64,000 nt of DNA, taken from Camelus ferus (Eukaryota). Positions 12,430 to 24,600 of this stretch are shown here, piece by piece. The notes beneath the pieces were generated by a model that was not told the origin of the DNA, made no database searches, and worked only from the letters and a program-made list of their open reading frames with translations. How positions within the stretch are numbered: the first letter of the stretch is position 1; each line of letters opens with the position of its first letter. The DNA is taken from NCBI RefSeq assembly GCF_009834535.1, contig NC_045719.1, forward strand, positions 14,198,001 through 14,262,000. The letters run 5' to 3'. Both the position numbers and the translations under genes were made by a program.

Positions 12430-13020
12430 TCTCTCCCGAGCTCAAAGCCCTCCAGCGGGCTCCTACCTTATTCAAAGTAAGATCCCAAACCATTATTATA
12501 GCCACGGAGCCCACAGGATCTTCCCGAGGTGACACCCCCTCCCCGGCTCCTCCCACTCTGCCACTCAAGGTCAGCGGCACTCGCATCATGAAACAGACCC
12601 AGCGAAATCCTACAGCACGGCCTCTGTGTCAGCTGTTTCCTTTCCCCAGAGCGTTCTCTCCCCTCCCACGCCCCACATCCACCCGGGTTCCTCATTCACT
12701 TCTTTCAGGTTTTTGCTCAAATGTGACCTGAGTATTAGAACCTTCTGTTACCACTGTTAGTAAAATAAAAATCTTCCATATTTCTCTAGTCCCTTATTCT
12801 GCATAATTTTTTTCTTTACATCATTTAATGCTGCATGACATATTATACATGTTATCTGTACGTTTTGCTAATTATCTGTCTCCCTTCCCTTTTTGGGGTT
12901 TAATTGTCATGAGAACACAGACTTTGGCTATTTTATTCAATGCTGTATCTTTAGCTTCTAGAACTTTGCCTGGCATGTGATAGTCGAGCAAGAAATAATT
13001 GTGAATGACTTACTGACTGA
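12430..13020 (+). mobile_element. L2 3' end
   Basis: TTTGCTCAAATGTGACC...TCAATGCTGTATCTTTAGCTTCTAGAAC.TTGCCTGGCATGTGATAG...GAATGACTTACTGACTGA. Confidence 0.7.
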
Positions 13021-13023
13021 GAG

Positions 13024-13100
13024 GGAAGGAAGGAAGGAGGGAAGGAAGGGAGGAAGGAAAGCAGGAAGGAAGGAAGGAAGGAAGGAAGGAAGGAAGGAAG
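13024..13100. repeat. GGAA microsatellite, with a pure (GGAA)9 run at 13064-13099
   Basis: Counted directly; abuts the 3' tail of an L2. Confidence 0.95.
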
Positions 13101-13836
13101 GGGACTTGCTTTAGACAATAAACTGAAGTACAGTGAAATTAAAGTTTATCCAGATTACTTGGCAAGTTAAATACTTTCCCCATAATGGGCCAAACAATCT
13201 TTGTAGATATTTAGAACATAACTGCTTTCAAATTTTAAACTGTTGTTTACTTTGGGTATACATGTGTGTTTTTGTTTTCTTTTTTTGTACGTCTCTTTGG
13301 ATCATTGTTGTGATGTCTTATTTTCAGCTCTCAAGATAATAATTTATTCTGTTGTTACACGTTTGGTATAAGTGTTGGTGTGTAGCTTCAAGATAAGAAA
13401 TTAGTCTAATTGGCTGCCTGAGATAATTTGCTTAATTAGATTACCTGGAAATCTGGTCAGAAAACAGTCTAGAGGAGCTTACAGCCTTTTCAAATATCAG
13501 CAAATGTAGTTTTTATAAAAAATGAAAAGCCATCCTGGATCTAAAGCTCTTAGGATGAGAAACCCTTCCTTCGGATCCCCAATTTCTTGAAGGAGCGTAA
13601 ACTCTGAAATTCAGGCACAACCCATGAATAGATGAGTAACAGAGAACCTTAATTTTAGTCTGATAAAATTTAACATTTTTAAAATTTTTGCCAGTCAGCT
13701 TAATAGGAAGTGAGGGGAGTGTCAAGATAAAAACAAAAAGTTATGAAAAAACATTGACACTTTCTACATCTGAATTTGTGATCGTGGATGTTATTTGTGT
13801 CCTAGGCTGACACATTTATAACACAGAATTCCTTCT

Positions 13837-13947
13837 TTTTTTAAATTTATTTATTCATTATTTTTAATGGAGGTACTGGGGATTGAACCCAGGAACTCCT
13901 GCATGCTAAGCACACACTCTGCCACTGAGCTCTACCCTCCCCCGCAT
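13837..13947 (-). mobile_element. tRNA-derived SINE (Vic-1-like), short-tail form
   Basis: A box and B box (GGTTCAATCC) present; 10-bp TSD AATTCCTTCT at 13827-13836 and 13948-13957. Confidence 0.9.
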
Positions 13948-15092
13948 AATTCCTTCTAAATGATATATGATCTTTCTGAATCGAGAGGGTGAGGTGAATA
14001 AGGCTTCCTCTTGAAGAAAACAGTATTTTGAGAGTTGGACTGAGGGAAGTAGTCGTATTTAACTCTGAGGACTGTTCCCAGAGTGGATCAGATACATCCA
14101 GTATCACCAAGTTAGAATCATAGAGCAAAAGTGGGACTAAACCAGCGTGATCCTAATAAAATTCACACCACTCTTTTTCCTCTGTACTTTGGTTATCTTC
14201 TCCTATGCTTAATATACTTAAGCCATTTTCTTGCATTGCCCCACATAAACTTCTATTATATATCTGCTTTAACTTGTCTATGATGATTTCATATTGAGAA
14301 AAAAATACAGAAATTTCAGTGTATCAGGAATCTCTGTGAAATTTCACTTCAGCTTGAAACCCGTCACATCATGTCAGAGAAATCTGCAGTGTCTGAGCCA
14401 GAACGCCGACGTCTCAGCACGATGCTGTGATGGAACCAGCGACGTGGTCAGCTCCGCAGACAGACTTGCCTCTATGCAGGAAGTCAGTCTACTAGGGGTA
14501 ACATGGAAACCCGCCCTTTAGTTTAAAAATATATAAACACATATCACACAGCATGTATTTACCTTACGTATTTGAAAAGAAAACAATAAAATCAATTTTG
14601 AAAATATGTGGGAACTTAGGAATATTCAGGTTTCTTCTAGAATAGGATTACATCTATTTGCTTGCCCCTAAGTGAAATACTAGCTTATAATAGCCCAAGG
14701 GCATGTTTCCCCCCCCCCGTGGCTGAACTGTGCACAGGACACAGAGAAGACGTAGGTTGCAGGTGCTTCTGCCAGTGGTTAGCTTCTTTGAAACTGTCTT
14801 CTGAAGATCTTTCCACATTTGACATCATACATGATAGCAGTGCTTCTCTGGTGCTGCCCACGTGTTTGTGCGGCCCCAGCTGCCTTCCGGCTGGGCTCAA
14901 ACCCAGGAGAGTTCTGGGTGACTGAAGGTTGTGTCCCCCACTCTCAAGCAGATACTTGAAAATAAGCCATGGACACTGGGAGCCAGAGGCAATGGCAGAA
15001 CACCAAGCCTCTCCTACCTTGAGGCCTCGTGGAAATTACCTCGCCCCCAAGAAAGGCTGAAACCAGTCTTTCTTGAAGGGATGTATATTGGT

Positions 15093-15650
15093 TTGTTTTT
15101 TTTAACGTGATGAAAAGCACATGACATGAGATGTACCCTCAACAAAATGTTTACGTGTATAATATTGTTAACTGTAAGCCCAATGTTGAGCACAGATCTC
15201 TAGAACTTTCATCTTGCCTAACTGAAACTCTATACCCATTTCCCCCTTTCCCCCCAGCTTCTGGTAACCGCCATTCTACTTTCTGTTTCTGCAATTTTGG
15301 CTACTTTTCATACTTTATGTAAGTACAGTTGTGCAGTATTTGTCCTTCTGTGCCTGGCTTATTTCATTTAGCACAATGTTCTCCAGATTCATCCATGTTG
15401 TAGCATATGGTGTGGTTCCCTTCTTCTTTGTGACTGAATGGTGTAGCTGCTGTGAAAAATAGTATGGATGTTCCTCCAAAAAGTTTAAAAAACAGCTACT
15501 ATATGAGCTAAAAGACTTGAAATCAGGATCTTGAAGAGGCATCTGCATTCTCGTGTTCATTGCATTATTCACAGCAGCCAAGAGGTGGGAACACCTAACT
15601 GCCCATGATGGGTGCATGGACAAAGAGAAGATGGCGCACACCCTCAAAGG
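15093..15650 (-). mobile_element. 5'-inverted (twin-primed) L1MA-type element
   Basis: 15093-15438 is an antisense L1 3' end; 15439-15650 is the adjacent upstream L1 segment in sense orientation. Confidence 0.8.
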
Positions 15651-16309
15651 AAGGGTGCTTCTTGCCTTTTGTTTCGTGATCTCCAGTTCCTTGTTCGTTT
15701 GAATAGTAGGTAAGAACCTGAGTTTACTTCTCCAGAAGTTCCAGAAATAGATCTCCTTCTATTTCTCTATTACTCAATTTCTTTTTCAAGTCATTATTGA
15801 GGAGGCAGAAAAATAAACCTCAGTCTTTTGGAGGTTTAGCTTCACTTCCCTTTTCTGGGGTTGAGTGTGTGTCTCAGTCACTCTGACAGAGACCCAGGGA
15901 CACCAAGTAGGGAGAGTGTCTGCCGGCTGGTCGTCATTCCACATGGGTGGTCACCAAGGCAGTTTCTACGCTTACTTCACAGTCACCTGAGTGCTTGAGA
16001 CCTGAAATCTCTAGGTGTTAATTCTATGGCACATTGACAGAGCATCTAAGAAACACCAAAGGACTTAGTTGCATAAATGGGATGATGGTTGGAGAATTTT
16101 TAAAAAACTATCAGAAAGAAAAACATGTTATAGAATTTTTGTATTGTGAGCACAGATTTTGGGGGGGGGGGGAAATAAGTGTTTTTTTCCTCCCCTCCTC
16201 TTTTTTTTCCCTAGATAAGCATAAACTTTTCCCTAAACAGAGATTAGATACTGTGATACTGTTTTGTATTATATTCAACTACATTTTCACTGCCTGTATA
16301 CCTAACACT

Positions 16310-16445
16310 TATAAGTCTTTTACTATGTACAGGCAATGTTCTGAATGCTTTAAATATGTTAACTCATTTAATCAACCCCCCAACCCCATAAGGTTGGTAT
16401 TGTTATTTTGATTTTAAAGATAAAACTAAGACTTGGAGAGGGGAT
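16310..16445 (-). mobile_element. MIR
   Basis: TACTATGTACAGGCAATGTTCTGAATGCTTTAAATATGTTAACTCATTTAATC core. Confidence 0.7.
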
Positions 16446-17624
16446 AAATAGCCTCTTTAAACACAACAAAGATAGTACTGAAGATCTGTTTCCATGCCAG
16501 TCTTAAGCACAATTTTGCAACATGATCACCTTGGAATAATGTCATCTCTAAAAATAGCAAAGACAAGAAATCAAATTAGCATTGTTTTATTACATCCTAT
16601 ATCTGTAAATCTTGTTTTATACATCAAATTTTTGCTTACTTTAACCTGCCATGTTTCTCTAAAAGCAAAGTAACTTCTTATAATAACAAAATTAAAGCTT
16701 TGTTTAAAATATTGCAAAACCAACCTCACTGCGTTTTAGACAGATAGTAGTGGCTTCCTTATAAAAATAAGAAAAAATAATCTGTACATTTATAGAAAAG
16801 TTCAAAGACTGGGGAAGAAAAATAAAAGCTTCCAAAAGATATTTTCTTTCACACTAAAATAACATCATTTTTCACCTTACACATAAGGAAAGAAGAATAT
16901 GTTAAAAATGTTTGCACTAAAAATAAGAAGCTTTAAAAGGAAAATTACTCTTTAAAATGTCTACGTCTAAAATGCTAAATTTCAGGGGCAAATTAGAAAA
17001 CAGAAAATGGAGCATCAAATAAAAAACTTTAAGCACACATCTGATTGAAGACCTCCCATCGCAGTGCCCAGAGGGCTGCGTAAGGGACACTGCGTTCCCC
17101 GGATCGCCTTGTTCGTTGGTCCTGCACAGCCAGTTCAGGCCCATCCCAGCAATGCCTTCAGACTCAGCATGCAGTCAGCTCTCCTCTCTTCTCCATTCCA
17201 CGCTCCAAAGAAGGTGAGGCAGGGACAAAGGGTTGGTGACACTTCACCAAAATTGAGTGGCAGCCACCCCTGGCCTGAGAAAAGAAGAAAAAGGGAAGGC
17301 CTGGCCTAGGACAAGTGAAGAAGCAAACAAGGTGACTTTTATTCCCACTGGCATCCCTTTGGTGGCCTCTCTCTTTGTCCTTGAAGGCCCAGGTTTTCAT
17401 GCTGCTCTCTGTGCAAATACCCAACTCGGGCTTGCCCTCTCCCAAAGTCCCCTATGTCCCCAAACGACCACATAGTCTTTTTCTTTCATGAATTCAAAAT
17501 TCTTAATTCTTCTATTATTTTAAAAATCCTCATAAGAAAACAAACTCATATAAAATTAATTCATACTGAAGGGTGATTGGCCGCACAGCACAACTTTTGG
17601 TCTAAACTTTCTTAGTGTAGTTTT

Positions 17625-17783
17625 NNNNNNNNNNNNNNNNNNNNNNNNNNNNNNNNNNNNNNNNNNNNNNNNNNNNNNNNNNNNNNNNNNNNNNNNNNNN
17701 NNNNNNNNNNNNNNNNNNNNNNNNNNNNNNNNNNNNNNNNNNNNNNNNNNNNNNNNNNNNNNNNNNNNNNNNNNNNNNNNNNN
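17625..17783. other. N block, 159 nt, truncating a SINE in the 3' UTR
   Basis: Counted directly. Confidence 0.99.
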
Positions 17784-17844
17784 GATTGAACCCAAGATCT
17801 GGTGCATGCTAAGCATGCGCTCTACCACTGAGCTATACCCTCCC
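17784..17844 (-). mobile_element. tRNA-derived SINE (Vic-1-like) head in the DSC3 3' UTR; tail hidden in the N block
   Basis: Minus strand reads GGGAGGGTATAGCTCAGTGGTAGAGCGCATGCTTAGCATGCACCAGATCTTGGGTTCAATC and then N. Confidence 0.88.
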
Positions 17845-18447
17845 ACGTGGCTATGCATTTTTGAGACCTTACTAGGGCAACTGAGTAGAGAGAACTTCTC
17901 TTTGTGATCTAGTTGCTACCCAAAAGGAAAATAAAATTCCAGTAGTCCTCAGAGCAAATAACTAGGTGCTACCGATTTTTTTAGAGCTAAAAAATCCAGC
18001 ATAATTTCCCATGATCTTAGCATTCCATTTTTATCTACATCTGGAACAAGAACAGAATTTCTAGCCCAGATAGCCGTTCAGCTATATTCAATCAAGTACA
18101 GCTACTATTAGTTGGACTAATATTTGGGAAAATATCTGTAAAGGAGAGGAGGTCCTTTATAGACCTTAATTCCAGTGCTATAGCATGAGATTTGCTGGTT
18201 GTCTATTTACTCATCAGTAAAGGAGGCAAAATCTGTTTTAACATTTTAAACTTCTTGAAAAGATAAGTAACAAATTGCTTTAAAATTACTAATTGGTACA
18301 TAGCATAATTTGAAAATTTAGGAAAATTCATATATATTCATATTCATATGTATCTATAGAGAGAGGTATAAATTGAATTTTGCAATATCCCTTTTGGAAA
18401 CCTCCAGGATGTCTGAGAAAGACGTGTCTGATAGTAGCAGTGTGACA

Positions 18448-18645
18448 TTATCTCTTTGTGCAGGTTTCTGCTAACGCAGTGAATTTGGCTTCCAAATTAT
18501 TTAAAAAGTCAAGGCCATCTTCTTCCTGTTTTTCACTGCAGCAGCCCACAGAGCCAGCTGGAGACCCGCGTCCTTCATAGTTGTACGTAAGGACGTAATC
18601 TTGAGACGGCATGCGGTCTTCATCCTGATTACACAGATGCAATTT
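18448..18645 (-). CDS. DSC3: DSC3 last exon coding part (198 nt), plakoglobin-binding ICS tail [11 protein letters not shown]...LAETCTKR-stop
   Basis: Acceptor TTACAG after a long T-rich tract; TAA at 18450-18448; ORF 18448-18642. Confidence 0.97.
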   Translation of the reverse strand, partial: KLHLCNQDEDRMPSQDYVLTYNYEGRGSPAGSVGCCSEKQEEDGLDFLNNLEAKFTALAETCTKR

Positions 18646-21600
18646 CTGTAAAATAAAAAAAAATAAAAAAAGAATTGTATTACTGTTTTAAACACACTTA
18701 AACAGATGAACATAAAATATATTTTTTTATTTACCTTTTATGTTTAATTTTTAACCAGTGTGTCCTCTAATGGATTCCTACATACAAAAAATGCACAGGG
18801 TTGGTCTCTGTCACAGCCATACCGCAAAGTCAGTATATCTTACATTTCTAGTAATCCATTCAAATAAAAAAAAATGATGTCTACACATGTTATATTTAAG
18901 TACATTTAAATCACTATTAAATTCTTATCCCTATATTTTATATCTGGAGGTCAGGCTAGTTCACAAAATGGTGACAACATGCATTGTGGTTAGATATTTG
19001 AACTTGGATGGTGAAACAGTCCTGATTTTGAGACAGAGCTTGGCTTTACATACTGGCTACAAGACTTTGAGCAAGTTACTAGACATATTTAAATCTCTGT
19101 TTCCTCATTTCTAAAACAGGAATACAAACAATGACTACCTCACAGAATCATTATTAAATGATGCAATAATAGCACTTGAAAAATACCCTTATTACGTTCA
19201 GCACATGAAACATGGTCAATAAATGTCTACTACGATCTCAATTATATGCAGATATAAAGTGGGTAAGGATTAAAATATTGTCTTCAGAATCAAGTTTCCA
19301 AGAGAGCCACACATGGCAAAATTAAAAGATGCACAAAAAAAGTCAGTGAAATTTAAAATACTCAGGATGACCCACATTGCAAAAACCCACATTGCAAAAG
19401 CATTGGGATGGAGGCCATGCATTTAGCCACACTTATCCTTGCTGTTTGTCACTGGCCTGTCTGCCAACTTGTCCAACTCCTGAACCTCCCCACTTTCTTA
19501 CCTGTGTTCCCGTTCCCTCCCCAAACCAGTGCTTCTTTCCTTGGCTTATGTTATCCGGTGTCTTTCTTCATGACCATTTAGCCTCACATCCCATGACTTG
19601 CTGATGTGCACAATGAAGAACACTTTACCTAAGACTGCTTCTTAAGCTTTGCTCCTGCTCAACCTGATCTTACATGAACACTGACTGTCTAGAAACAGAA
19701 AAGTATTAACACTTGAATTTGATTTAAAAAAAAATGCTATGGACCTATGGTAACCTACAGCCGTGTCACAGAATGTTGCCCACTTGCTGTCCATCAAAGG
19801 GCTTCAGGGCTTCTGGACCAGTGTTTGTGTTACGTGGTACTCATGCTCTCTGATAAAAGAAGTGAAAACTTAGTACCGGAAAGAACATATAATCCCGTGG
19901 CTTTCTAATCAGGCTGCACATTTGAATGACCTGAGAGGCTTTGAAAAAACTAAAAGCCAAACCAATTAAATCAGAATTTTTCAAGGTGAAGTGCGGGCAT
20001 TAGTATTTTTTTAAAGCTCCCCAGGGAATTTAGATGCCCTGCCAGGACTGAAAACCCCTTATTGAATCCTTTTTTCTTTCACACCCTTGCTTTCCTCTGA
20101 ATTAGAAAACACTTTATATTTGCATGGTGTTTTTCACATGAAAAATAGTTCCTGCAGGTCATATTTTTTAATGTTCATCATAGAATTGTATACAGATGCT
20201 TTGTTTTCACAGAGAAATGCAGATTGGACTGGGGGAGTTTTGTAATTGTGAAGGATGAGATTTGTTTTTCATGTTCTTCTGTATTAAAAGAGTTCATCAG
20301 ATAAACACACACCTAAAAATGAAATGTAGCTTCAGTGAGGGACAGTAGAACCTCTGATTTTCACGAGATTTTAGAAATTAAGAGAAATATGACAGATTAA
20401 ATAAAGTCTCTCTGCTGTTAGATAACATAACAAAATCAAAGAGCAGAGGCAAAAATAACCAGAGATTGAGAAAGAAAGGATACATTGAAGAATATGGTAA
20501 ATCAGTTTTGAAAATACATGTTAATCTCAATTTCCTAGGGTCCTCCACTTGGACATTTAAATGATAGAGTCAAAACACTCAGGGAAACTCACTTCACCGA
20601 GACGGGACTGAGTGAAACTGTGCCACTCTGAGTAAGTATGTCTGGAGTTGTCCGTCTCCACGGGGCCTCCCCTGCAGGACTCCAGGGTGTGATGCTGCCC
20701 GGCCCCCCGGCACGACTCCAAGGTCTGGTGGCCTCCTTTTATCATCTCAATGGTCTCCTGGCCTCCGTTTTTGACTCCTGATCCTATAGTACCACACAAG
20801 CCTTGGCTAGAGTTGTTGACTGTCTGGGTCATAAACCCATTGGCAGAACACTGAAATGAAATAAAGTAAGACGATTCACATTGGGAAGAAATGGATTCCA
20901 AGTAAAGTCAATGGAAGGCAAAGGAGACAGTTCCTTTATTCAACCTTTTATTCATCCATTCATTCAACAGACATTTATCATTTTCCAATTAGGTGCCCAG
21001 TCTAGGGAGGCAAAAATAAAGACATGGTCTCTCAGTGGCCCTGGAAGCCCTTATTCCAAAGAGGCAGAAAATAGACAATTACTTTAAGAATGTGATTCCT
21101 CTGATATATAGATGAACACAAAAGGCAACAGAAATGGAGGAGGAGCATTAAAATTCAAACCCAGGGAGAGTAAGCAGAGCAAACTGGGCAAACGCTGAGC
21201 TGAGGGAGTCCTGCTGAGAAATGGAAGGAAGAAGGCACTGCCTGCAGGGGGGGCCGGGGGCAGAAGACACACAAGGTCCTTGGGGGAGCCCACCTTCAGC
21301 GTGTTGAGAATGGCTGCCACAGCGAGTCCAGAGACAGAGAGAGCGAAGGAGCTGGAGAAGTTATAACAGACAGGAGGACCTGAAGAGCCATATGCCATGC
21401 TAAACATTTTAGACTACCTTGAAGACTATGGGGACTCAAAGAAGGGTGTTTAATAACAGGAAAGGGATGTATTTTTTAAAAAATCATTCTAGGTACTAAT
21501 GTGAAAGACAGGTAAGAAAGAGACAAGTTTAGTGTCATGGAAATCAGGGAGGTCATTGAATCATTTTAGGTGACAAAACGAAAAGGATCTAAGCCAGTCT

Positions 21601-24600
21601 TGGCAATAATGTGTAAAAGAAGGGGATAGAGTCCATGGAGAGCTTACTGGTGGTGAGGTGGATAAGGCAGCAAAGGGAGGAGTCAGGAATTATTCTGATG
21701 TGTTTTGCTTGTGCAACTAGATAGTGTAATTCACTGAAACAGGAGAGAAGGACACACTTGTGGGTGGGAGGAGGGTGAGCCCTTTGATTGTGGATGTGGT
21801 CACTCTGAGAAACGTGTGGATATCCAAAGTGAGCATATGAATATGTGGTCTGGAGCTCAGGTGAGAGAGCAGAGCTGGAGCTGGAATTCTGGGAGAGGGG
21901 AGCTGAAGCCATGGGAATAAATGATATCACACAGAGAAAATCGTGGACTGAAAGAAAAGAAGGCTAAGATTAGACTGACAAAAAAAAAATCATGTTTTAA
22001 AGAGGAGGATAAAGGAATTGGAGCTGTGAGAGAATTAATCTGGAATAGCCACTGAGATAATAAGGAACCAACGAGGCGTGACTCTGAAGCCAAACCAAGA
22101 GAGGATTACAGTAGGGGGGTCAATGATGTAGGAAAAAATCAAAGAACCGGTTCAGACAAAGTAAGCAGCACTTGGTAAAAAAGTGGCCGGTGGTGATCTT
22201 TATCACAAGAATTTCCACGAAGAGCTGAAGGTACAGAAAGTAATGTCATAGGGAAATCGAGTAAAAATCTTTCTCTCGAAAAGTTCAGTTTCAAAGAAAA
22301 AGAGAGCTGGAGGGAAGCAGAGGAGGACAAGGAGTCAGGAGAATGTTTTTAAGCGGAAAAGACGTGACTGAACATTAACTCAGTGCTGGAACTTCGCACC
22401 AGGAGAGAAGGTTAGTGACAGCAGTAACCCCAGCGTGACGGTTCCAGTTACAAGCCAGCTCTTTCACGCCGAGACCCCGCTGTAACCGGGCACCGTTGTG
22501 CCATCTTCTAATTTATTTTTGTTTAACATGCAGAGTCTCTATCAAAGCAAAGATCTGCAAGTGCAGATGATTTGCTGGATCTGTAATATATCTACACAAG
22601 TTATACACACTGTCTCGCTGCCTTAGGAAAGAATACCAGAAAAGAGAACTGAAAAGTAGCCATTTGGTGGCACTGCTGCCCCACATTTTTTGCTTAGGTT
22701 GTCGCGACCGTAAAATTCTATTACCCTCCCCACCCCACCCCCCAAAAAAACCAAAAGAAAACAAACAAAAAATTCCTGATCATCCAATCTCCTTGATGGT
22801 GTATTTGTGTCATTATAAATGCAAGTTCAGGAGCATATGTCTAAGCTAATGAAAGGAGAACTGAAAATAAAGTTAAAATCAAGGCTGAGCCCACAGTGCT
22901 ATTTCACATTCTCTCTGGTCTCTGTTCCTTCCTGCCTGCCTCCAGGTGCCTTCCCAGGTTTATTTTCACAGGGCATCAACCACCCCCCCCCCATGTCAAT
23001 ATTTCCAGATTTACTTTTCCAAGTCCTGATTTTTCACCCAAATCCTAACCCCATCTGAATGCCTTTGACTTAAACTCAGATCCAAAACTAACATCATCAC
23101 CTTTACTCACTACAGTAAAATGAGTTTACCCATTCACTGTGACATTTTGTTGCATTTTTGTAAAAAAATACACCTAAAATTATATTCTGGTAAAAGTTAA
23201 TAATTTTAAGTCCTTTTGTGGAGTGTTCCTAACAGAGAACAGGTAAATAGGTATATGTCATGGTGACGTGGCCAGTCATTGCCACCGGCTCTAGCATCAA
23301 ATGGCAAAGAAGAAATATAAAGTACAGTTCAACCATTCCATCCTCAGATATAAAATAAGAACCTAGTGTGAGTCAAACACTGTTAAGGGGACTGAGTCTA
23401 CTTTCTGAATGGAGAGATAATTACAGGGTTCCACATGCGGACACGGCCTACGTAGATGGACTACGATTTTTGCCTGATGGTGGGGAGGAAGTGAAAAAGA
23501 CAGTCGATAAGAAAAGCACCTTCACCCTGAGACAGAGAAAAGGCTTGATGCAAAGTCACTGCCCCTGGCTGTGGCTTCTGTCACACTGACTCCACTTTCT
23601 GTTTTGTTACTTAAAAGTAAACAATTTTATCATTCATCCATTTAAAATATGTCTTATCCATCCGTGTTTTAATATTCCAATCACCGTTATCCTAATAGAG
23701 TTATCTCATGTGACTCTACCAAGAGATCCGAGTCCTTCATCCTCCCCGTTCCTAACGCCTTCCTGTGCTCGCTGGTCACCCTGCAGGATCAGCATCACCC
23801 CACTCGCACTCTGCCACTTCCGTGCACAAAAGCCTCGACTGGCTCTCCCTGACCGAGAGAATCTGACCAAGTTAAAAATATAAATTAACTCCTAAATTTT
23901 GAAATAACTTCATAAGGATGAGTTAAACAAATGATACTCAGAGATAAATATTCATTAAAGAAAAATTACTCACCACCTTGTCATCTCCAGGTGCTTCTGT
24001 GTTGGATATAATTAAGTTTTGCTGTGCCACATCTTCAGGAAAACCCTTTCTTTTTTTGGCACTAAAAACTCCACATACTAAAGTTAGCAATACAGCTGAG
24101 TTAAAACAGAAACAAAAACAAAGTTTAACACGCATAAAATGAAATAGTCATCTTTTATGTCTTATTACCTAAGGTGCACAAGAGGAAACTGAAGTCATTA
24201 AGCACAGTATACCATGAATTACCTTGCTCTTTCTAAATTAACAGGCCATGATTTAGCTTAGATTTTAAAATTTAAAATGATTATATGTGTATTTTGATTA
24301 TAGCCCTCTTTAGGAGTTTGAATTCTGCCCATCATTTTAAAGTATTTCGAATCATGAATTAAACAGTTATTTAAAAAAAAAATCCATGGCATTCATTTAC
24401 GACAAAGCCTTTAAAGAGATTTATTGATTCTTGAAAGAGTGGCTTGCCTACATGAAAATGTAACAGAACATACTTTATTTCTCAGAATAGATTTATCTCC
24501 TAGTATCTTTATTCAACCTACTTTGTGTTTTGCCTATTGAGAATTTTCATTCCACATCATAATTGTGGGAGGTTGAAATATGTGATAATAAAATTAATAG

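Larger units (their letters stand above)
16565..18447 (-). other. DSC3 3' UTR to a candidate poly(A) site (AATAAA at 16591-16586); longer UTR isoforms possible
   Basis: Minus strand reads AATAAAACAATGCTAATTTGATTTCTTGTCTTTGCTATTTTT, a hexamer followed by a U/GU-rich downstream element. The true end cannot be fixed from sequence alone. Confidence 0.4.
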
